64,000 nucleotides of DNA from Klebsormidium nitens (lineage: Eukaryota; Plantae; Klebsormidiophyceae). Positions 11,681 through 22,489 of the stretch are shown piece by piece. Position 1 is the stretch's first letter, and each line of letters starts with the position of its first letter. Location of the stretch: positions 1 to 64,000 of the forward strand of contig DF237186.1 in NCBI GenBank assembly GCA_000708835.1, written 5' to 3'. The notes under the pieces were generated by a model. The model ran no database searches. It was not told the DNA's origin and saw only the letters and a program-made list of their open reading frames with translations. A program made the position numbers and the translations under genes.

Positions 11681-12278
11681 AGGCGCTGGGGGGCTGTCAG
11701 TACAAACGTACGGCTTTTAGCCATGGCAGGGTCCTTCTGTTCATGACAACTCTAACATTCAATTAAAATTGTCCTCTTCTTGCGACGGGTTAGAGAATTC
11801 GATGAAAAGCGCTGCGGGGGGATCCCCCGCGCGGCGCGGCCGCCGCGTCGCCATAGGCGATGAGCTGCTCCTGACGTATACTTTATCAGAAGCGACAGTC
11901 ACGCCTATTCCTCTATCCTCCAGACGCGAACCAGCACGGACTAAGATGGGGCTCAGAAAGACAGAATGATGATGTTTCTTCCGGTGCGTTTAACATTGGG
12001 CGCCAGTTCTCGCCTCTAAAAACTGAACGACAAAACGAGACAATCGTGGTCTTCTCGACCTTGTCAGATTGTAAACTTTCAAGTGATTCCAATCTGACGG
12101 CAGCGCCGATACATGTTGTCCAGTTCCGAACTCCTACTGTTCTCTACGGGTCCTCGAACGCTTATCTTCTAACTCTGTAACGTATGAGTTCCTTCTCGGT
12201 CTTGCCGCTAACCGACTGTAAAGCTAAGCCAACCTCGCTAACAACCGATCTTAACCGAATCTTTACGAACATGTTTAC

Positions 12279-14072
12279 CTGTTCCCTCTATTCTGGCCTG
12301 CAGCAGGATCTCCCTGATTCTCTCTATCTCCAAACCTAGGGCGCCCGCCACCTTGGCCGCCTCCAAAATTCTGCCTTCCTCCCGAGTGGGGGGCGTTCCA
12401 GCCGCCTTGGTTATTGTTGTTCCTTCTGCAAGCCGGCACACACCAGCATCAGGACACATGCCTGCCTATAATAGGCTTTTCTCACATCTTGAGGGGCGTC
12501 TATGCCCGGGCGCGCAGCCCTGTAACGGCACACATGGCCTGGCAACATGCCTTTTGGTCCTTATCGGACGATAACCCTTTACCAGGTAGTGCCCACAGGG
12601 CTTTGGCATTCAGCCAGCAGAAGACTTTATTTGCTCACAAGGCAAGCCCTCAGGCCTTGAATTTATGCACTGCAAGCCTCCTCAAGTTCTTGCCCATAGG
12701 GCTCAGGCATTCAGCCACGTGGCGGATGTTTCGAAGCGACTGCCACGTCCGTTTAACTCGTCTCTATTGCAGAGCGAGGCCACCGTGCGCCTCCACTTAA
12801 TTCAACACTACGCAACCTTGCAAACCTTCTTAATCCAAGCCAGAATTTGCTCTACTCGAGCGGCCTGCAGCGTTATTCTCTGAACGACAAGCAACGGTTA
12901 TCGGAGCCGATGGCCATAGGCCTAAAGATGGGGAACCAACCGACCTGGGTGGCTTGTCCGGATCGAAGAGAGGGCGAACAGTGCCCTTGCCAACCATGGT
13001 ATCCGCCTTCGCCTTGCTGTTGAAGAATGCGTGGCGGATTTCAGCCTCCAGGGACGCCCTCGTCTCCGGCGTCCACGTGGTGCTGTCCCCCGCTTGCTCG
13101 AGCTTCATTTTTCGCTCTGCCACAAATGCGTTGGCGAGCCACTCCAGATCCGGTGAGACATAATTGAGACGAGTCGCGTAGAAGTACACCGCTGCCAGGA
13201 GGTGGGCCACCTGAGAGTCCGGCTCCTGGTAAATATCAAAGAGATAGCTAGCCTTTGTGTACCACGCAGCCATCCTCGGGTTAATCTCACGAAGCACTGA
13301 CGTCAGATGCGTCTCCAGAGTTCCTTTAGAGACCAACTGGCGGATCGTCTTTTCCAGTCTGGCTGATGAAGCAGGGTGGAACGGGTTGTTCAAAACCCCC
13401 CTGCAGAATCCTCATGGCCGGCGTTTGCGCACCCAGTGCTGCAGGTGTTTGTTCAGGATTTCCCCCCATGCCGTAAATCGGCTGCGGAATCTGGACCTGA
13501 GGAGGTCTGACGTCAGCCTGCCCTTGTCCCCCCTGCGGAAACGCTTGAGCGTTCATGGGGGGAGGCCCCAAAGTGCACTGCAGGACCTTGCGGACGAGCA
13601 CCTTGCTGGGGTTGGTCCTGCTGAGGGGCCGGAAAGGCTCCGAATCCAGAGACGGCCACAATGTACTTCTCCCATTCTAACTTGTATTCCTTCAGAGCCT
13701 CGATTATCGGGTCGTTCAGCAAACGAGTCCCTCTCCCAATTCTCAAGTCCTGAGGCGGGATGGTGCCTGGGTAAAGGTTGCCTTGTTCATCTACTCCCGA
13801 GAAGGTGCCATACGGATGGATCAAGTTGAGAGAATGGTCAAAACCTGCCTCCCCTGATACATGACCAGAAAGTCCTTCCCCACCAGCCAGGGGAGCTGCT
13901 TAATTGCGATCAGGATCTCTAGCTCGCGCTCCATCCCGGAAATCTCGGGGCCAACGACAAAATGAACGAAGCGCTCAACAGCATCGGAGGAGGCGCCACG
14001 GGCGCTTTCCTTCTTCGCAGACCTGAAAGAGTGCAACGTCTTTCTACTTTTGAACAAGACGTCTAGATGCAC
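12279..14072 (-). pseudogene. Gag-like ORF1 of the retroelement, apparently spliced and frameshifted
   Basis: Overlapping minus-strand ORF pieces (14072-13821, 13824-13513, 13661-13326, 13393-12945) shift frame, two of the shifts at C6/G6 runs. A phase-2 GT-AG intron (12944-12426) then joins in frame to a 147-nt N/G/R-rich exon (12425-12279). The Gag identity rests on position only. Confidence 0.55.
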
Positions 14073-14283
14073 AGATGAGTCAGCAGGGGCAGCTTCGGCA
14101 GCTCAGCTGGGCGCGCGCGCGCGCGGCACTCGCGCTTAGGCGGCGGGCGGCCGCGGGCTGGGCCCGGTTGTCTGCGCCCGGTGCTTATGTCAGGCGCCTC
14201 ATTCCGGGCTTAAATTGCTTGTGTTATCTAACGGACTTAGCTGAATTCACTGCGCATCGTAGAGCAGGCGAGTATTCCGATGA
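13964..14283. repeat. Split direct repeat A1 (terminal copy)
   Basis: Matches 6959-7085 + 7455-7645. Confidence 0.95.
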
Positions 14284-14996
14284 CTAGCTTGCTGGTTTTG
14301 TGACATCACTTTTGAGAATCCTCCTCGGTGTCGGCGATCTTGGTCCCACTGAATCTGCCCGTGTCAAGGCGGATTTTGAGGGAAATAATCGGGGTAGTTA
14401 ACCGGGAAGCTGACCAGGGGTCGGCTCCCACACGAGAAGAGTCGGTTTCCAGAGTGGAAATCAGCCGGGTGGAAACTGGCTCCACGGGGACTCAAGCGGG
14501 TCACGTGGTCTGGATCACATGGGGAGCTCTTTTTTGCTGCACCGCAGAGGAAAGCAGTCGCCGGAGCTGTGTCAGCTTGGGAAAGCCTTTGCTAGTGTCA
14601 AGAAAGTGTGCCCGGGCAATCTGGGTACTTGTCTAGGCTCAACGGCTGGGTCGGAGTACAAGAGAAATAAGGGTGCTCCCTTGATATACCAAGGTACACC
14701 GTACCCCTGCATGGTTCACTATCTGGACTTGACACTCCCTGCTTGAATCTTGCTTCGCAGATATTTGTCGAGCCCCCAACAAGCAGGAGATTGCAGCATT
14801 TCTGTCATGCTGAATTGCTGAATTGCAGCGTGTGTTTGTTTTGTGCAAAGGCACCAAGCTGTTTGATTGCGCGCTGCTTTTTGCCAGGGAGGAAGGGGAC
14901 AAGGCTGTGCTTGGAGAGGTCGATCGAATTGTGTTTGTTTCTCTGTTTGTGAGAGCGAAGAGTGCACCGTTGCAGGTTGTTCTGTAGCTACTTACG

Positions 14997-17900
14997 ATGG
15001 CGGGGGTGCTGCGGGCCACCCCAGCCACCTTTAGCTTAGCAGGAACCTTTACCACCCGCACATCGTCGATCTCAACCAAGAATGGCGCAGCCGCGTCCGC
15101 ATGCCCTCTTTCCATTCGCAATGCATCGAAAGTGGTCGCAGAAGCATCCGTTCAGGGCGGCCTGGCGAGATTCTGCGGGTCAAAGGCCCCAGAAAGGATG
15201 AGCTTCAGCCATGCCATCTGTGGCTCGCAGAAGGGGCTTGCTTTGTCTGTGGTGGGAAAGAAGCTTGTGGCTAGGAGGCGAAGGGGGGTGGTCATGAATC
15301 TTTCCCAGATCCCTGAGGCACGGGGTCTGTACGATCCTGCAATGGACAAGGACGCGTGCGGAGTCGGGTTTGTTGCTGAATTGACGAGCAAGCCGACACG
15401 CAAGACGGTGAGCATCAAGACACAGTTGTTCTGAAGCAGGCTTTAGGAATTTGACACTGAGCTGGTTGTGTAAAGGTTGGCTCATTCTTGCTTTGAAAAT
15501 ATGGGAAACAACCATTTCCCTTGGTGGTGTCTCTGGCTGACCCCCACATTGCCTTCGAGCTTCCATTGAAGCATTGCAGGGCTTCTGGAGAGCAGGTTTG
15601 GATAGTTTGACTAATTCAGCGTATAAGGATCCCCACTGGCTAACTTTTTGTATCTATAAAGCAGGCTTGAGTGGGAAGGCTAATTGAAAGAGTGATGTAA
15701 AAAGAGGCCCATCCACTCAGCAAGTTGATTCATTTCTTTCTGCCTAGCTTTCAAATCTTGGTCCGAGATATCATGCTTCCAAGCATGTAATGTCGGGTGG
15801 GCTTTCAAAGAGGGCTGACATAATGCTGCCAGTTGCTGACCTCACCTGTTCCTGCCCACAGGTTGCCGATGCTCTGGAGATGCTAGTGCGCATGGCCCAC
15901 AGGGGTGCCTGTGGTTGTGAGGCCAATACTGGGGATGGTGCTGGTATCCTTGTTGGGATGCCGCATGACTTCTTTGCAAAGGTGAAACCTTCTTCTCCAA
16001 TCAAGGTTCTTCTTTTTCAAACAAGGACGCAGTTTGGTGTTACTTGGTGCAATCTTAAAAATTTGCAGAGTGAAGCTTGGATGGTATAGATCTGATTGTG
16101 TGACCTTGATTTACAACAGAGCTTTCAGTGGAAACCCAGACGCTGCAAATCCTTGCCTTCTGGTTTGCTTTACCATCAGAAAGAGCAATCTGGCAGCGTT
16201 GGTGCTGTTTGGCTCAGTTCCGATCTGCCGGTGCCTTGTTTGGGCCAAGACGACACCTGTACGGAAAGGCTTCAAAATTCTCGCTGCTTTTTTCTAGTGA
16301 AAGCTTTTGATCAGCTTTCAGCGACAACTGATAAGGTCAGATCTTGGGCCAAGGCTTCAGCATTGCTCGCTCTCTTTAAAGAACACCCCAGTTTGTCTGC
16401 GCACAATTGGTGGTCAATGCTGATCAACTCTCCCTCTAAATTCTGCCTTTCTGTTTATTCCAGTAGAGGAGTCGTCTGTCATAGTTGCAGCATCCATGTA
16501 GAACCTTATTGACAATGACGTAGCGCAATTCTTTGCACAAATTTTCGATGCCGCGGAGAGGAGTGTTAGAGCTTGCCTTGGTCATCTGTCCTGGAGGTTT
16601 GACCAAAAGTGCAATTGTAAAGAACAGAATATTGAGTTTTGCTCAGGAATGTTAGTGTGACGAGTGCAAGTACCCTCTGGAGAGATTGATCACAATTTTG
16701 GATTGAGTGAAGCCAACCTGCCTCCGCTAAGAAAGTGGATAGAAAGGACTACTCCCTTTCACTCCGCCTCCTGCCATTCTTCCTGCATGATCTGGAAAAT
16801 GTTGTTCTTGAAGAATCAGATATATTGTTGTGTGAATGATTAAGATATGTGGCAGATTGAGAGATGTCTTGTGATGGCAGCGTGCGGGCCCGGATCTTGG
16901 GCTGGACAAGCTGCCTCCCAAGGGAGAGTACGGGGTGGGCATGTTGTTCCTGCCCACAAACGAAGAGCGACGGGCCAAGGTCAAGAGCATCTTTGAGCAG
17001 GTAAGAGAACGGGGTGATCTGGAGGACGAGTTCAATTCCTTGCATCTTTGTTGTGCGGATGTCACTAAGTTGGATTTCACATTGGCTCAGCTTCTCTCTC
17101 ATCTCTTCACGAAGATGTGGTGGTTGCAATTGTTGCACTTCGACTAGTTTGGACTGGCAAAAAACTTGAAAACCCTAACACACAAAATTCTCGTTTTGCC
17201 AATTCTCTTGCTCCATTCACTCTCTTGCGCACTGGTCGCTTTCTTTGAGTTGTGCTTGGACCTTGAAAGGGGCTTGTAGCGACCGCAGGTAATGACTGTA
17301 AGGCTTTTGACAGACAGAGTGACCTTTCGCCAGCTGTACACATGGCTGAACACCTCTGGTGTTAATGCAGTGCGCGGCACAGCGGGGCCATGACATCTTG
17401 GGCTGGCGCTCAGTGAAGACCGACAACTCTGATCTGGGCAAGGGTGCCCTGGATACCGAGCCCGTTATTGAGCAGGTCTTCATGTCACCGTCCAGCAAGT
17501 CAGAGGCCAACTTTGAGAGTCAGGTGAGGGTGGGAGCAATCAGGGGTGGTTGGTGGGAGAGAAGTGACGCGCCGAGAGACAAAGCAAGCCAGAATACGAT
17601 CATCTGCACTGGGGCAACCATCTCACTTCCAAATATAGCAGGAGACAGTCGTAATTTCAGGACATGTGATGCCCCTCATTGGTAGAATCCTCTGCCTGAT
17701 TTCAAAATATTCTTCCAGTTTAATGATCAGTTGTGCCCGTCATTGGTTTACCCTATGTTGATAGTCGTAATCAACGTATGTAGCGACTGAATACATTGAT
17801 TGTGTCTTTTTCTCTCTGTGCCGCTGACATTGCAGCGCCGTATCTGATCTCTGTTCCTAACCTTCATTTCCTGACTAGGCATTCTTCACGCGTTATTGTA

Positions 17901-20900
17901 ATGATGGCACACCTGCTAGCACAGCTGCTGATGATCTGCTGGACTTGTTCTCCCTTCCCTACTATCCTTCCTTCTGCGTATCTTGACACCAAACCTCTGT
18001 CCTCCCTGCCAGCTGTACATCCTGCGGAGGCTGGTGTCGCGCGAGAACCGTGCAGAGTTGGAGCGGGCACTCGGCGCGGGCGCCAAGCGCGACTGGTACA
18101 TCTGCTCGATGTCCAGCCAGACCGTTGTGTATAAGGGCCAGCTGACCCCTGCGCAGCTCAAGGGGTACTATTACAAGGACCTGGGCAGCTCCGACTTCAC
18201 GTCCTACATGGCCCTGGTACGGGCTTTAGGGGATTTAGAGTCTTCAGTTTGGGTCATGGTTATTTCCATCGATGCTTGAACAGTTTGGGTCACAATCATG
18301 TCTATCGATGCTCGCACGCACCAAAGCAAACCAGAACAAGGACCTGGCAATTTGAACGGTTCGTCTGACGTGGCCCCTGGTATGGCGTCTTGAACTCTGT
18401 CTTTATAGTATTGGGGTATTGGGGTTCGGGTTGACTCAGTTTGGGTGTCTGTAGTGAAGCTTGGTTGTTTGAAGGACCTTGGCTGGCTCTTTGATCCAAA
18501 CCTGCTTGCCTGTATTTTGATGTGGTCGCAGCATCTGAAGCTTCTAAGGGGTCAATTTTTGTTTTCGTAGTTGGCTCTGAGGTTTGTTCAACTCCGCAAA
18601 TATGTTGAGGCTATGGGTTGCAAGCGCCCTTGCCGGCAGTTGAACCCCCTTGGAAGTTTTTCGGATATTGGTGGTCAAACAACTGGACGTATGTGGTTTC
18701 GTTCGAGAGATCGATTGGTCTTTGGCGTCATGCAGGTGCACTCGCGCTTCTCCACCAACACGTTCCCCAGCTGGGACCGTGCGCAGCCCATGCGTGTGTT
18801 GGGCCACAACGGAGAAATCAACACCCTCAGGGGCAACGTCAACTGGTGAGTAGTACCAGGTTGATCTTTTGGAAGAGGGCCTGTGTTTATCACAGTGTTA
18901 GGTGGGCTTCTCTCCTTGAACAGACATGTTCTCTGCCACCTCCAAGGACCTTCTTGAGGCCATTTCGTTACACCCCTGAGCCTGCATAGAGTTTCTGTGT
19001 TGGATTTGAATCCTCAGCCCAGATTGCTTGCTTGCCCCTAATACGGTGCTTGCCTTTCGGGGGCCTCATCAGATGCACGTACCTCCTGCTCAGCTGCGCC
19101 TTCATACATCAGCTAGAACGCATCATCGATCCGTAGCCCCCAAGTCTTCATTCTTTTCCTTCTTTCTTTTCTGAACAATGAACCTCCTGCTCCAGGGTGC
19201 GCGCCCGCGAGGGCCTCATCAAGTGCACCCAATGGGGGCCTCAACTGCGTCTCCCCGTTTCTCTCACTTGTGTCTTTGCCCCCCTGTTTTCACGCAATAT
19301 TCGTGCATATTTTTGAACAACCACTCTCCTCTGCAGGGTGCGCGCTCGCGAGGGCCTCATTAAGTGCACCCACTTGGGCCTCAACGAGGAGGAGCTCAAC
19401 CTTCTGCTGCCCATCGTGGACGCGGACTCGTCCGACTCCGGCGCCTTCGACGGCGTGCTGGAGCTGCTCATCCGCTCGGGGCGCTCCCTGCCGGAAGCCA
19501 TGATGATGATGATCCCCGAGGCCTGGCAGGTGCGGCGCTGCTCTTGGTCGCTGGAGTCCTCATTTTCGATCTGTTGAAACTCAAGCAGCCTCCAGTGTGT
19601 CCTTGTCCTTGATACAATACGCGAACGAGCCTGTGTATGGCTGTCGATTTCAGTCACCTTGGCCCCTCGCTGAGGCCAGCGAATCCCTCAGCAGTCAAAA
19701 ACAGAGGGCGCATTCCCTTCCTTGAATCTCAGAACCTAGGGGGTTGAGAATGCAACAACCACGTGGCTTGACGGTCGGGTTTTTATTCGCTTTCCTTGTG
19801 CCTGCTGATTGACCCCGCGATGTGCTTGTGGCAGAACGATTCCAACATGGATCCAGCGCGGCGGGCGCTCTACCAGTACCACTCCGCGCTCATGGAGCCT
19901 TGGGATGGGCCCGCGCTGATCTCCTTCACAGGTAGGATCCCGTTTCGCAGCCCGTGTTGAATTTCTCAGCAGAAGGTTACCGTGGTTTTACATGTTCCAT
20001 AGTTCGTTCCTGTTCCTTGAGAGCGACTCCAGAGGCGCTGGCGAGTCACAAACATCGTCAAATCTGCAAAAAATACAAGCTTCAGAACGGATACGAGACG
20101 ACCATGTAAGAAGACACGAGCACTGAAGCTTCGACAGGCAGTAGCTTCACAGGTCAAAGCGCAGGAGAAGTTGTGCCCTCACTTCTTACTCGAATAGTCC
20201 CTAGACCTCGCTTTCTCCCTCATGCAGATGGGCACTTCTTGGGCGCAACGCTGGATCGCAACGGGCTGCGCCCTGGGCGGTACTACGTGACGCACAGCGG
20301 GCGTGTCATCATGGCGTCGGAGGTGGGGGTCGTCGACGTTCCCGATGATGACGTGGAGCGTAAGGGCCGGCTGAGCCCCGGAATGATGCTCCTGGTGGAC
20401 TTCGAGAAGGTGAGACAAGATTTAGACGGGACGCAAACTCGCAGCAAAGCCTCAGGCTTTCCTTTTCTTGTTTTTCTCCCCCTCTGATTTTGCGAGGCTT
20501 AGTCATTTTTGTACGGTGCTGGCAAAAACGCTCCTGGCGGCCTTTGAGGAGGTTAGAGAATATGGCCATTCCGAGCATCCATTATTAGGTGCACTAGGGC
20601 TCTGTCTTAATCGCAAGGGGTGCTCACTTCATTTCACTAAGTATGAGGTAGGGAGGAGACTCTGTGGATGGATGCTTCCATCTTGGAACTTACATGGGGG
20701 AATTGATTGACTATGGAAATCTTTCGAATCTTTTCTTCAGAAAGCTCGTTCAGTAAGAGGGTACAGGCAGATTGGGCTTTTCTTGCTCATCTAGCTTGCC
20801 GCGGGCTTGTCGTTTCTCCCTGCAATACCTCGGCTTTTCATCACTGTACTTAAGGGACGCTCAACTTTCAAATGCTTATGCTTAGCAGGATGTTTGAGCT

Positions 20901-22457
20901 CGCCCTCTTGTCGGAATCGTTCCCAACCTGCCGCGTTTTGGGGAAGTTCGGAGTGACATCTTTCATCGCCTCTGCTGATACAATTGCTGTATGACCTCAG
21001 AGAAATCTCCAGCACTGGTGCGCCTTCGCGTGTGCAGGGCATCCTGGTGGACGATTCGGAGCTGAAGCGCACCTTCTCCCAGGCCCGCCCGTACGAGGAG
21101 TGGCTGGACCGCCAGCTCATGACGCTCGACGGCGTCGTGCAGTCAGTGCCCGAGGAGGAGCGCCAGGCAGCGCCTATCATCGGCACACTCCCGGTAAGCG
21201 CACCTTAAGTGTCTGTATTCTTTCCTCATGTAAGGGCTTGATTACATTTCAGGCCCGTTTTGAAGCCGGTTAGGGTCCTGTCGTCGCCTGAGGAGAAGCG
21301 TCCTTTCCCGGTCCGCTGACAACTGCTTCTTCTCTTCGTCGTTTTGTGAGAAGCAAGCCGCGATGGACCAAGAGTCGGGTTGGTCATTTGAAGACGATTG
21401 CGTGTTCAGGGTAGCAGCACCAGCTTGTACTGCAGAGCTTTGGCGTCACTTCTCTTACATAGTCGTCAAGGCACTTCGATTCGCCCTATCGGACCCCGCT
21501 TTTCAATACTATCCATCTGCGCTCCGAATCTACCGAGCAATCTTTGCTAGAGGACACAGCCTGCTCTCGTTCTTTGTCCTCTCATCACCAACGAGCCGGC
21601 TATGTTTCTTTCCGTCTCCTCGCTGAAACCGATCCCAACACCATCTAGGTGGACCCGGAAAAAGACCGCATCATGGAGAAAATGGGCGTAATTGGCATCG
21701 TTTCCCCCGTTCGTAAACATACAACTCGATTTTTCTCTCCTATTATTAACGGTAGACCGACCAGCCTCGACCTTCCCCTTCCAGGTGGACCCGGAGAAGG
21801 ACCGCAGCATGGAGAACATGGGCGTGACCGGCATCGTGTCCCCGCTCAAGGCGTTCGGCTACACGATCGAGGCGCTCGAGATGCTGCTGCTCCCGATGGC
21901 AACCACCGGCGCGGAGGCGCTCGGCTCGATGGGCAACGACGCGCCGCTGGCGTGCATGAGCGAGCGGCCGAAGCTGTCGTACGAGTACTTCAAGCAGATG
22001 TTTGCGCAGGTGGGCACGGTCTCTTGTTGAAAGTCCTGGGGAGGGAAAGCGAGAGGGGATCAGATTTGAGAAGTCCGGGTAAACTTGGACGTGGACGAAG
22101 TGGTTGAAGAAATTCCTTGCCTGCATGAGAACTTAGTGATTTAGGCAACGCTTGCGCGGTTCGTCAAGGTTTCTTTAGTAAGGTAAAGATCACTAGCCCG
22201 TTCCAGGAACATGGTCATGCTGCGTTCTGGAAGAACTCGATATCTGCTGCGGTGAAAGGACCTGATAACTGCTGCGGTCAACTTCAGGGAAGATGTCTGT
22301 GCAAAGCGCAATTACTCTTGCTTTCGGTTCATGCTTGTAAGGTTTGCCTTTCTGAGGGATGTGCGTTCCTTCGAGTTGAAGCATGCGCAGCCATCCTGGC
22401 TCGTCTTCTGGCACAAACACCGTAAGGCCTCTGCAAATGGATGCACGTCTTCTCTTG

Positions 22458-22489
<32 letters not shown>

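Larger units (their letters stand above)
6438..14286 (-). mobile_element. Tyrosine-recombinase (DIRS-order) retrotransposon with split direct repeats and inverted YR gene (PAT/kangaroo-like)
   Basis: In RT orientation the layout is A1 (14283-13964), gag-like region, RT/RNaseH/MT, antisense YR, B1 (7778-7649), A2 (7645-6959, interrupted), ~390 bp spacer, B2 (6572-6441). CTA occurs at both host junctions (6438-6440, 14284-14286) and at the internal B1/A2 junction (7646-7648). No target-site duplication beyond this shared core. Confidence 0.93.

Noticed and set aside
12238-12459. 73-aa minus-strand ORF as the gag continuation
   Set aside because: The overlapping N/G-rich frame fits both flanking splice sites in phase, and this frame does not.
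14075-14287. 70-aa ORF in repeat A1
   Set aside because: It lies entirely in a GC-rich terminal repeat and has no recognisable motif.
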